Source: Sarea resinae (taxonomy: Eukaryota). From it: DNA of 47,649 nt. The position numbers and the translations under genes were made by a program. Every line of letters starts with the position of its first letter. The stretch's first letter is position 1. Below are positions 22,997 through 34,739 of this stretch, piece after piece. The DNA lies in NCBI GenBank assembly GCA_026026165.1, contig JAPEUD010000006.1, positions 558,001-605,649 on the forward strand, written 5' to 3'. The notes below the pieces were generated by a model that did no database searches, was not told the DNA's origin, and saw nothing but the letters and a program-made list of their open reading frames with translations.

Positions 22997-23874
22997 ATGC
23001 GTTCATCTCTCTTCAATAAAAATCCACAACCTCTGCTACGTCTATATTCTCCACCAGTCCTGTCTATCCGACAATTGAAATCTCCACGAAGCGTTTGTAG
23101 CACCCGACTCGCATCTATCAGGTATCAGACTACCGCGGCCATGTCCAAGAAGCTCGAATTCATCGTCATCCTTCCCGACAAGGAGGGCTCGCTCGAGAGG
23201 AGGATGAAGGTGAGACCGTAAGTCGTGTTTCATTACTGGGCTTGCTGAGCGTCCTCCACAACGCTCTTCCCTCTGTCTTTTCCGCCCTGTCCCGCGGATG
23301 TGGCTGCCGGCGGGCAATGCAAAGAGAGCGTGGGGAAGCGAGTGAGGAAAGGATGAGAAGGAAGTCGAAGAAGCAGAAGTGTTTGGGAGGTCATGTCAAT
23401 TGAGGTGGGATGAGTCAGGGGCTAATGATGATCTGGATTGAATAGAGACCATCTTTCTGCGGTGTCCAAACAGGTTGAGGCTGGATTCTGGACGTTTGGC
23501 GGTATGCTCTTACTTCATCCGATTCCCTCTGTCCATATGGACCCGTGATCAGTGGTAGCATTGCTGATTGTTCTGTTCCTGTTACGTAGGAGCCCTCCTA
23601 GAAGACCACCCTAAAGAGGGCGAATCCCCAAAGATCAACGGCAGCATCATGCTGGCATCTGCGGACTCAAAGGAGGAGGTCATTGAGACACTCAAGAACG
23701 ACACTTATTATCAGAATGAGGTCTGGGATTGGGAGAAGGTGCGTTTTGTCTTGTTTATGGTTGCTATTGATGGGTGGAGATGAGGGCACATAAGAGGGTG
23801 AGAATGAGAGGCTAATATATGGGATCTAGGTCAAGGTTTACCCTTTCAAGACTGCCGTGAGGAAAGCTCTATGA
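22997..23874 (+). CDS. YCII-related domain protein (156 aa from first ATG; 108 aa from ATG 23141)
   Basis: Exons 22997-23217, 23446-23501, 23590-23738 and 23830-23874. The product MSKKLEFIVILPDKEGSLERRMKVRPDHL...FGGALL...INGSIMLASADSKEEVIETLKNDTYYQNEVWDWEKVKVYPF carries the YciI-type R..VRP.HL, G, GS and D.Y/W motifs. There is a TATAAA at 22789. Confidence 0.88.
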
Positions 23875-25333
23875 ATCCGTGGACGGACTGGCGGGCATGG
23901 TGATAATAGAAAAGAATTGAAGCTCTAGCAGTACAACCTCGTTGGAGAGAAGCTGCTACTCATGTCGTTGATGTAGACATCGAGCAAGAGGCCAGTGGGA
24001 GGTACAATCCCAATCACCAGTCACTGCTGTTCTAGACCTCTATCTAGCAGACAATAATGCATGATTTATCGAGACCTCTCAACTTTGTAATTTCAACCAT
24101 GCGTAAGACCGTTCAGGGTGTTTCATGTCCAGAGTCGTACCTGTACTTGTCGACCTTCTCAGGCTTGTTGGGACATTCTTTGGATGATGAGTTCTAGGCC
24201 TTTCGGAGACCGATGAGGGGGTCAAGATCCTGACTAAGACGCCTGCGTCTTTTTGATCTTCCTGTAGGATACCTTATGATTGGGGTTTGATACAAGAGAT
24301 GGAACGAACGGCCTCAGTAGTAGGTGAGCAGATTGATGACTTGATTACCTAAGATACGCCTTGGATGGCTTATTTTTAGTCGTGGTCTCGCAGGGAGGGG
24401 CTGTGTGGGCTTACTGCGGTACTTGAAGTACGGAGTATGCAGTACGACTCACGGTACGTGGTACCTCGTCTGAGGATCAGCCGGCTCGGGTCTGCCCTGG
24501 TGGGTGTCGACTGGCTGGCAGTGGGCGTGGCATCATCATCGTTGTAATCGTCTCGCCAGCATCGTGGGGTATGGATACCTGGCTACGCACCAACGGGTGG
24601 TGGGCCGACGAGTACCTACGATTACTTCAGTACCCTGCTCTAATCCTCTAATCTACCCCCTCTGCCCCTGCTGCGGTGTCCTGCCCTGCTCTGCCCTGCT
24701 CTGCCCTGCTTTGCCTTGCAGTGGGCTGTACCGTACACGGCACTCTGTAGTCAAGGTAGGTGAGAGTCGTAGATCTTGCGCAGTCCTAGCAAATGTAATT
24801 CGTAGAGACTTCGTGGCCGTGTGAGCATTGTTCAAAGTATCGGGCCGTATTTCGACCTCTGTTGATGTGGCTTTGACCGCACTTTCATTTCCCCTCCACC
24901 CAATCCTTTCTGGCTGCTACACCACCTTACCTAGAGTAGTCTGCCCTCACCTTCCCTACTTCTCCCCTCTCCTTTGGATTGCAGATCTCTTCAGATCCCC
25001 TCGTTGGTTCTACGTAGGCCCGAATCTCAGCCTGCATTGACCACGATTTCTTCTTTGATCATTTTTATACTGCGTAGACGTCCTCAATCTCAATTTCGAT
25101 TCAAACCTAAGCCACTTCGAAACTTGGCACCTACAGCTTCAAGCACCTCTCTGCCGACGTCCTTGAACATCACTCTACAGAAGAGCGAATCGACATTCCA
25201 AGTGGCTGTCCCTTTCCCACGTCGCTTCACGCATGGGCTGCGACGGCTGATGGTTGGCCACCTACCGATCGGATCCTGGTAATCGTGTGAGATCACCCAC
25301 ACCTGCTGTTCCCGCCGTGTCGCTCTACCCACC

Positions 25334-28300
25334 ATGGTTCGCATGATCCCGAACCGCCTTAAGAGCAGCTCTGGGAGCAATCTGCCAAGTCGAACTTCGA
25401 GCCCGAAACCAGCCATGGCGGATTTGAACAAGAACGGCCTGGTGCTGAGGACGAGCGTCTTGAAGGTATGATGTGTGATTTGTGATTCTCTTGGTCAGTA
25501 TGCTCACATGAGAGGTTTACAGGCGAGGAACCTTGCAGCTGCCGATAGGAGTGGCTCGAGTGATCCGGTACGTTCTGTCGCCCGCTGAATGGTTATGAGC
25601 GGTGAGCATGGGCTGATGTAGCGCTTCTGTTGACAGTATCTTGTCGTCACCCTGGGCGATGCTCGACAGGCCACACAGGCCATTAGCAAGACATTGAATC
25701 CCGAGTGGAACGTACGCTTCGATTTACCCATCATAGGCCTACAGAGCGTGCTTCTTGAATGCGTGTGCTGGGACAAAGATCGCTTTGGAAAGGATTATCT
25801 CGGCGAATTTGATGTTGCGGTGGAGGATGTCTTTGCTGATGGGCAAACGACACAAGAGGTGGGTGCTCATTCTACAGCGAAGATGTCTCTTTAGCTCACC
25901 GTCTACAGCCCAAATGGTACCCTCTCAAATCGAAGCGCAAGGGAAGCAAGAAGAAGAGCAAGATCTCTGGGGAAGTCCAGCTGCAGTTCTCCATATTAGA
26001 CCCATCCAATCCTTCGGCTACGGCATCCCAGATTCTGCAGAAGTTTTATGGCCTCGTTGCCAGCACTCCGGGTACCGAGGAAGAGGAGGACGATATGGCA
26101 AGATTCGAAAGTGGTAGTGCCGATGAAGAGGACGAGAAGGATGACGACATCTCTGACGAGACCGATGATCCCACTAAGCCAGAGACTGTAGAAAAGAAGA
26201 AGAAGCGACTACGTATAGCGAGGCTCAAGAAGAGAACCAAGGCGAGGGCATATGAGTTCTATGGCGGGTCCGACGTTGTGGGCATCGTGTTTTTAGAGAT
26301 CGGGAAGATCACTGACCTCCCCCCGGAGCGGAACGGTAGGCGTCCATCGTAGAAGTGATCGTAAGTTGCTTACGTTGATATACAGTGACGCGGACGTCGT
26401 TTGATATGGATCCGTTCGTGGTAATCTCTCTAGGGAGAAAGACCTATCGTACCCGTGTCGTCCGTCACAACCTCAATCCGGTTTACGACGAGAAGCTGGT
26501 CTTCCAGGTCATGCAGCATGAACAGAATTACTCAATGACCTTTTCTGTTGTCGACAGAGACAAATTGTCTGGTAATGACTTTGTTGGTACGGCCATTTTC
26601 CCTGTGCAGGAGATTATGGCTTCGGCCCCCGAAGCCGACCCAGAAACCGGACTATATCGATTGAGAGAACTGCCCGGAACACCGCCTCTCCCTCCACCCT
26701 CGAACAAGTCTCGCTTTCGACTACCCATCTCCCGGTCTTCGTCTGCTACGAGCCTGAGTAAGATGGCGAGACCGAGTCTGAAATCTCATAACTCCGCAAT
26801 GTCCACCCAGTCAGATCTTCTAGGGCCGCCTTCTACAGGGTTTGGCGACTCGAGTAGCCTGACTACGGTTACTTCTGGGGATGCGCAAGAGAGCGTTCCG
26901 CACACTATGGATGATCCTGATCTGAAGTCGCATGAAATTCACCTGTCCTTGAAGAACAAAGATAGATGGGAAGACAAGCACAATCCAACACTTTATATCA
27001 AAGCAAAGTACTTGCCGTATCCAGCTCTGCGGCAGCAATTTTGGCGAGCATTATTAAAACAGTACGATACTGATGATAGTGGTCGTCTGAGCAAGGTTGA
27101 ACTATCTACGATGCTGGATACCCTGGGCTCTACTTTGAAGGAGTCTACGATCGACAGCTTCTTCGAGCGATTTTCCGAGGATAATGGAACAGGGGATGCG
27201 AGTGCTATCGAGCTAACCTACGACCAAGCTGTCATTTGTCTAGAGGATAAATTACTTCAAGGATCTCAGAAGAAAAGTATTGGGGACACGCTGAAGGATT
27301 TCTTACCGGACGCGCATAGTAGCTCGTCTTCGACCGACAACAACGGAACATCGTCTGGTTCAGAAACAGCTACGGAGATATCCATACAGCCTAATCAATC
27401 GCAAACATCCGAAGTTCCCGCTCTTGAGACAGAACCCCTCGGGAAGGGTGGTCAAGAAGGCGATTATTTGGGACGGGATGATCTAGCAGATGACAAAGGC
27501 GAAGAGCACGTCGTAGAGATTCGGGAATGTCCATTGTGCCATCAGCCACGCCTAAACAAAAGATCTGATAGCGACATCATCACGCACATTGCCACTTGTG
27601 CCAGCTCGGACTGGAGGCAGGTGAATAACATCGTGATGGCTGGCTTTGTTACCTCTAGCCAGGCTCAACGGAAATGGTATTCTAAAGTCATTACCAAGAT
27701 TGGCTACGGTGGGTACAAGCTAGGAGCCAATTCTGCCAATATCTTGGTGCAAGACAGAACTACGGGCCAGATCAACGAAGAGCGGATGAGCGTCTACGTG
27801 CGGCTGGGAATTCGATTACTGTACAAGGGTCTGAAAAGCAGAGATATGGAGAAAAAGCGAAGTGAGTGGGACAAAGGATTCCTCGAAGCCCCAAGCTAAC
27901 TTGAACAGTCCGAAAATTATTGCGCTCTCTAAGCATCAAGCAAGGACGGAAATATGACGATCCGGCTTCGGCTCGCGAGATCGAACCCTTTATCAATTTC
28001 CATCAGCTTGACATGTCGGAGGTCCTGCTGTCCAAGGATCAGTTCAAAAACTTCAACGAATTCTTTTACCGTCAATTGAAGCCTGACGCTCGACCTTGCT
28101 CCGCACCAGAGCACCCAAAGATTGCCGTCTCCCCGGCAGACTGCCGTTCCGTGATGTTCAATCGGATAGACGATGCAACGAAGATATGGATCAAGGGCCG
28201 CGAGTTCTCCATTGAGCGCCTACTCGGTAAAGCATACCCCGAGGATGCCAAACGCTACAGTAACGGAGCTTTGGGAATCTTCCGTTTGGCACCGCAAGAC

Positions 28301-28914
28301 TACCACCGCTTTCACATTCCTGTAGATGGCGTCATGGGCACTCCGAAATTGATCGAGGGTGAATACTACACGGTCAATCCCATGGCGATCCGGTCTGCTC
28401 TAGACGTCTATGGCGAAAACGTTCGGGTGATCGTACCGATTGACTCTGTCGCTCATGGTAGAGTGATGGTGATCTGCGTTGGTGCTATGATGGTAGGTAG
28501 CACCGTCATCACGAGAAAGGCAGGTGAAGAGGTTCATCGTGCAGAGGAGCTGGGCTACTTTAAGTTCGGTAAGTCTTCGAGAGAAGGTACATATGAACGT
28601 TCGGACTGATGATTTGCAGGTGGAAGCACCATTATTCTTCTCTTCGAGCCGGGGGTGATGAAGTTTGATCAGGACTTGGTCGATAATTCCAACAGCGCTC
28701 TTGAGACTTTGGTGAGAGAAATCGTCGCTTTTGGCATGTACACGTCGCTGACTGGTCACAGATTCGAGTAGGCATGTCTATTGGACATCATCCCGAACAC
28801 GCTCCGTACACGCCCGATATGCGCAAGGAGAACGTGTCGAACGAAGAGAGGCAAGAGGCGAAGAGACGTATCGAGGGAAGCTTGGCCCCGGCACCGCCTG
28901 GAGCGACAGGCTAG
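25334..28914 (+). CDS. PSD2: Phosphatidylserine decarboxylase 2 proenzyme (C2 domains + EF-hand + decarboxylase; 1068 aa)
   Basis: Exons 25334-25465, 25523-25567, 25637-25858, 25909-26335, 26386-27861, 27909-28568, 28620-28711 and 28762-28914. It has two C2 domains (ADRSGSSDPYLVV..LNPEWN; FDMDPFVV..LNPVYDE), an EF-hand-like YDTDDSGRLSKVEL, FNEFFYR, SPADCR and RLAPQDYHRFH. The GGST pyruvoyl autocleavage motif forms across intron 6. Confidence 0.97.
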
Positions 28915-29453
28915 GCTGGCCTATGATTGTGGATGTCCTTTGCCATGATTCGGATCTGATTGATTGCTAGGTGCAAGCGGCGCGGGAAAAGTAGCTGTAA
29001 TGTCCCTCTTGGATCACGACTAGTAAAAAGGCGGCCGGGGATGAGGCGTAGAGTAAACAAGCAATATTACGACAGAGAAACGCATTTGATCTAAATGATG
29101 CTCGGCCCATACTTTATACATGCCATTGTATTGATGATTCCTCGCGATGCGCAAAGTGTGGTGGTGGTAGTGGCTCTGCGTCCAGAAGAGGTTAGTGCAC
29201 TCCGCGGTCGCGCCAAGACCAAAACATTGGAAGTGAAGCGACCGGATCTCCGTTGTTGACTACGTCCGCCTGCAAGCCCCCCTCAACTCCATTAATCAGT
29301 CCCTGTACAGCATCACGATTCCGCCATTCTGCCATAAGTCACCATCAACCCGCGGCATTGACTGTCAACAATCGACACTCGTTTACGTTTACCCACTAAT
29401 CGCCTTCGCCAAATACAACACCGTCGCTGCTGTCTATACCACGTGCCGTGCGC

Positions 29454-29465
29454 TTCGCGACGCGC
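29454..29465. promoter_or_regulatory. MCB/SCB-like CGCG elements upstream of DSN1
   Basis: TTCGCGACGCGC lies about 40 nt before the ATG, with a further ACGCGACGCG just inside the ORF. Confidence 0.3.
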
Positions 29466-29500
29466 CTAACCATCCCTCCCGGATCGTCGCAACGGGCTCG

Positions 29501-31463
29501 ATGACATACTACGCGACGCGCTCACCGCTGCAAACTTTGAGCCTGGCGATGTCGCAGCCGCCAACCAGAAGGAGGAGTGTGAGACTGCAGGGTTTTGATC
29601 AGGAGGATACGAGAGAGAACGTGAAGAGATCTCGGACGGATGCTGGGCCTGTAGCCGGGAAACAGGTGAATGGACGGTCAACGACGACGAATGCCGGCGC
29701 GGGTTCGAAGCGGAAAGGATCAAAAGTTGGTGAGTTGGATAGCAATGGATGGTTGATAGCTAGGATGGATGGATACTGATAGGTTCGTGGCTGTAGCATA
29801 CGATGAGGAAGATGATGGGTTCATGTTTACGCGCACTCGATCTCGGACAAAGGCCGCTGTCCCGGCCGAGGAGACCATACGAGAGGAAAGGGAGGAGCCT
29901 GCAGTCCCTGTCGAGAAGAAGAGGAGAAGGCCGAACCCTTCGACCGGCGCGGCACCGGACAGGGATAAGGAGAGAGAGCCTGTGGGCGCGAAGAAGAAAC
30001 CTCGACGGTCGACAAGGCATTCGGGAGATAAAGACCACTTGGAGCAACCGAAACCTCGAAAGCCACGACATGTTGAGAACGGGACAAGCGAAGCTACGAG
30101 GACAGATGAAGACGCCGTGGATCTAGTCGGTGGTGGTGGCGAGTCACGGATGATCGAAGCGTCCAACGAAACCAAGATCGCCCTTCCATTTGCAGACACG
30201 CCTATTATCAAACGGAACAAGGAACTACGGAAAGTCGGGTCCCAGGGCCGAAGAAGAAGTAGTGTAGGCCTGCGAGGAAGGCGAGCGAGTTCTTTGATAG
30301 ACAGCGGGAAATCAAATGGTGCGTCTGTTATTTATTTGGTAACGCCATGAATCTCTGCTGACTCAATCCATTGCCGCAGCTTTGCCACACAGCGAGGTTG
30401 AAATCACGGAATTCTACAAACATATTGAAGCCGACGGACTCCCCGAGCCCAGACGGATGAAACAGCTCCTGACATGGTGTGCCACGCGAGCCATGGGCGA
30501 GAAACCCTCATATACTTCCGGCGACGGCAATGCTCGTATGGCAGGTGTGTTTGAACAGTATCCCGTCTCACGATAGAAGAGTGCTAACGACTCGTACCAA
30601 AGCGCGGGTCATCCAAGAGGAGATATTGAAAGACTTTTCCAGCCGGTCCGAGATGTCCGACTGGTTCAGCAGGGTAATGGTCTTTTTTTTCTTGTTCAAG
30701 AAGACATCTAATTCTCGCTACAGGAAGATACACACCCGGCGCCCTTGGTGACCAAGAAGCCGAATCCGCGAAATGTAGCCAATGCCGCCAAGATCGAGGA
30801 GCTGGAGAAGGAAGTCAAGCGGTATGTCTTCGATATGTCATATCCTTGGCTATGTGTTCCTTGGTGCTGATCTTATGAATATGAAATAGCCTACGAGACG
30901 AACGCAAAGAATGGGAAGCTCTAACGACGGACCCACCGGATCCGCCGCTCGAACCACTTCATCTTCCACTCATCTCTGCAAGCAGTACTGCTGGTCCATC
31001 GTCGCCCTCGTCCCCAACGGCCAAGCCTCCGAATATCGAGATAGACGAAGCACTCCTCTCGCCCGAACAACGCGCCATCCTGACCTCTTTATCCTCGCAC
31101 GCCCATGCTCCCTCATCAAGTACGACCGCAAGCACAGCCCGTCCCTCTTCATCATCATCCCACCCACCACTAGCAAGCACGGCTGCAGCAACAGCCACGG
31201 CAAACATACAACCGCGTCTCTCGTCTCTCGCACAGTCCCTCGAACCCACCATCGACACCCTAGCAGCATCCCTGCACACGCTCTCGCAGTACCGACACGT
31301 GGCCGACCGACTGGCGAGCCGGGTTCTAGAGGACGTGGCGGCCAAGCTGGAGGAGCGCGATGAGGAACTGAAAGCCGAGGCTGGAACGAAGGAGATGGGT
31401 GAGGGTGAGGTACTCAGAGCGTTGGGGAGGCTAGGCGGGAGTGGGTTGGGAAGTGGGGGATGA
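29501..31463 (+). CDS. DSN1: Kinetochore MIS12/MIND complex subunit Dsn1/Mis13 (552 aa)
   Basis: Exons 29501-29729, 29797-30318, 30380-30544, 30603-30673, 30724-30821 and 30890-31463. Motifs are YDEEDDGF.FTR, IALPFADTPIIKRNKELR, RRRSSVGLRGRRASS (Aurora-B-type basic motif), LPHSEV..EFYKHI...LPEPRRMKQLLTWC, SDWFSR and KKPNPRN. Confidence 0.92.
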
Positions 31464-32059
31464 TGACCCTGATGATGTGGATGCAAATGGAGTTAGGGAA
31501 CAGAGGAGGGGGGAGGGAGGAGGATGATGAATGAAGTTCCTGGATTTCTTTTTCTCGGGAAACGGACCGCAGATGATATGCTCGTGTCTCTCATCTCTCG
31601 CCTCTGTTCTGTGTAATTATCGTAGGCGAGAAGACGAAATGAGGCGTCGGCAAAGGCGTCAGCGGAGGCGTCCATGGCGGTCGGTGTCACGTTGTCGGTA
31701 TATGGCTATCATTCTCCCCCTTCTTGTTTCTCTCTCTCTCCCTCTTCTTGCTTCTCTCTCGCTTTGATGCCCCTGTTTTCTCCCCTTTCATTTTTTTCAC
31801 CTTCTCTTCCACTTCCACGTCAGTAAAACCTCCTCTATTTCGTTCCGAATGAACACGAATCCCCAGGCGTCCTAACGTTCCGCGTTTTCTTCTTTCTTTT
31901 TTTTTCACCTCGGGGTGGGTATAGGGAGCAGGGAGGGAATGGGAGGGGGAAGGGGGTTCGGCCTTTTGATCTTCTTTTTTTTTCTTTTTTGTTTTCTTCA
32001 TGCTAGTTGGACATGTTCAGGTGTTCTTTGAATCGAAATCTCTGATGGCTGATTGGGTA

Positions 32060-32180
32060 TGGATGTGGATTGGATGTGGGTGTAGGTATGGGTATGGGTA
32101 TGGGTATGGGTGTGGATATGTGGATATGTGGCATTACTCCCACCCTCCTACACGCACGCACGCACGCACGCACGCACGCC
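32060..32180. repeat. (GGGTAT/GGATAT)n and (ACGC)n microsatellites
   Basis: ggtatgggtatgggtatgggtatggg at ~32085-32110 and (ACGC)7 at ~32152-32179. Confidence 0.85.
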
Positions 32181-32953
32181 TATACACACTTATACCTTTT
32201 CACGCTTGTGCTTGTGCCTATAGCCTGCCTCCTCTCTAGTAGTGAGTGCTAGTGAGTAGTAACGCAGCCCGGGCGGGAGGGATACTACATACCCTACATA
32301 CCCTGGTCTGCTCAACCTGCTCAGCCAGCTTCCTGAAGACAAGAAACTACTTACTTTGAATGGTGACTAGCTGGTGAGACTTGAGACTTGAGAGCGAGAC
32401 GTGAGACTTTTGTCTGCGATTTAGGGTGGGGGGAGCTTTGCGTGGTGTACCTCTTAAACTCAGGGGAAGGAGGGGTTTTCTGGTGGTATATAAGGGATAA
32501 GAGATATGAGAGGGTGAGAGAGGGAGAGGTCTTTATATGCGTTCGAGTTGTTACAGGGTAGTAAAGCTGTCGTACATGGAATCGAGCTTCTTGATTTATC
32601 ATCCACCTTCTCTAGCAGTGAAGCCGCCCAAGACGCCACGACACCAATCCCGCGCCTGCGCCACAGACCACCTCCACCTCACCTCTACCTTGACGTCTTG
32701 TCTATAGACCCTGAATCATAATCGACATAGATCATTCATTTGCCTCTACTCCGTCCTCCTCTCCTCTCTTCTGCTCCGCTCCACCGCTCCACCCCTCGAC
32801 CCCTCGGCCCGACGGATGGGCAGATAGACACCCATCCACTGTCTGCACCACGGCAGCTTGCAGCCCTTTCCTCCCCCCAGGAAAGGTCACGCAGAGTACA
32901 TAAAGCATTATATCATATCATACCATCTCATACCAGAGCAAGAACACTTCCCT

Positions 32954-32956
<3 letters not shown>

Positions 32957-33000
<44 letters not shown>
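32957..33000. repeat. (TC)22 microsatellite
   Basis: Perfect TC dinucleotide run. Confidence 0.95.
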
Positions 33001-33004
<4 letters not shown>

Positions 33005-33529
33005 TTCCTCTTCTTCTCCTCGAGCTCAACTTCCAACTTCCCACGCCAAACAGCAGCAGTCATCAGCACGCAACCCCGTCCCGTACCCGTCCCGTACCCG
33101 TTCACGTCCACGTCTAACCATCACCCTCCCTCCCGCCGGCAGGCAGGCAGCCTCCCGCCATACCCACACACACGCCGTTTTCTGCACCGACCCGCCCACC
33201 CACCCTGCTTCCCTGCTTCCCTGTCTCCGTCCATCCCTCCCGCCCGCCCGTCTTGCCAAAACAGTAGCAGTGGCAGGCAGGCAGACGCGCAGACAGAGCA
33301 GACACGCAAGCAGAGCAACCTCGCACGAACCCCGTCTCTTCGTAAGGAGACACAACCAGCCAAAGCAGCCAAGCCAGCCCAGCCAAGCCAGCAGGTCAGT
33401 CAGCCAGCCAAGCCAGTTAGGTAATCCGGTCGGTAGGGTGCCTATCCATCCCACCGCCCCTCCGGTGGCAACTTAACGCGCGATATTCGGTGGGGCGAGG
33501 CGGCCTTGATCTAACTGACTGATAGATAG

Positions 33530-33760
33530 AGAGAGAAAGAGAGAAACAGTCTGACAGTCTGACAGACAGACAGACACCCAGCAACGACAGCAACGACAGC
33601 AACGACAACAATAATAACAACAAAAACAACAAAAACATCAAACAACGACGCTCTACCCAAAAGAACCTAGAAACAGTACCGTATTGTACGTGCGTGCAGC
33701 CACGTGCTTTTGCTTGCTTGCTTGCTTGCTTGCATCCGGTCGGTCGGTCGGTCGGTCGGT
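33530..33760. repeat. Mixed simple repeats: (CAGA)n, (CAGCAACGA)3, (AAC)n, (GCTT)n, (CGGT)n
   Basis: Tandem units read directly at 33560-33640, 33711-33732 and 33737-33760. Confidence 0.85.
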
Positions 33761-34739
33761 GCATTTCCCACGTCGTACAGATCAGGATCCTATCCCTCTC
33801 TCTCTCACAGGACGGGTAGATGAGTGAGTGCGTGTGTAAGTGAGTGAGTAAATAACCACCTCCAACCTCCAACCTCCCAACTTCCGATCCCATCTCCCCG
33901 ACTCACTCCAAACCCCCCCTCCCCCCAGTGGTTCTGGATGAATGGCTACTCTAGTCTGCTAGTATGGATGCGGTTACTACAGGATAATGTGTGACACGGT
34001 AGGAAGGATGATAAGAATAATGCAAGGGCCGTTGCGTGGCGCGCAGGTTCATGCAACGGCCATGAGAGGGAACGAACAAAAGAGAAGCAGAACCGCATGA
34101 GCGCATGAGCGCATGAGAGGAGAGATCAGATGGCAAAGCGGTCGGGGTTTGCGTGTGTTGCGATCGCGCATCGGCATGTTCCAGAAGAAAAGTGTGCAAA
34201 TGTTCGTCATATTTATCTAGTCTGTATAGCGACAGGTGAATTGACGGACACCACACAGGGAACGCTGGCTTGCGTTCTCAAGCCTTTTAGACTTGAAGCC
34301 CTCGGTTCATTTCGAAAGGCCGGCATAGATAGTAGAATGCTCGCTTCCTTTCACCCTCTTTCTCCTTCTTCTGCGCCCAGAAGTCTAACCTTTGAAGAAC
34401 GACCAAACACCGGAACCATACATACTTGGTCTGCCCCGGGACACAAAACAAAACAAAAAATATGCCGGAATACGCCAACGATGGGCCCCCCGTGGAAGTA
34501 GAGTGACTGACTGGACTCCTCATATGGAAACAGAAAATAATACCGATGAGGACTCTGAAAATGGTCGCCGAAGAATGACTGCCTTTTTAACACAACCCAG
34601 ACCTGGAGCAATCCGCTCGACCATGCAACAACGCCCTTTGACGAAGACCAAAGGTGAGGAATATGAGAGAGAAGACCATATCATGTACGTGTCTAGATGA
34701 GAATGTACTGGAATGCAAAGCGTATGGGTCGTGAAATCA

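Noticed and set aside
24184..24233. ATGATGA...CTGA resembling C/D snoRNA boxes
   Set aside because: The span is only ~50 nt, with no convincing terminal stem and no rRNA-complementary guide that I recognise.
32285..32730. Possible telomerase RNA template (CTACATACCCTACATACCCT at ~32285; AGACCCTGAATC at ~32706)
   Set aside because: Neither matches a canonical CTAACCCTAA template. The nearby TTTTCTG/AAAACAG pair lacks the stem needed for a pseudoknot, and the region is full of simple repeats. It is only worth revisiting if the genome's telomere repeat matches one of these words.
32740..33893. Several 90-188 aa ORFs on both strands
   Set aside because: They are translations of microsatellites (SLSLSL, ERERER, QPAK), mostly with non-ATG starts.
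33484..34547. GATATTCGGTGG and ACAGAAAATAATACCGAT resembling RNase P RNA CR-I and CR-V
   Set aside because: The matches are imperfect and more than 1 kb apart, the second lies in the nsdD 3' region, and I saw no other conserved regions.
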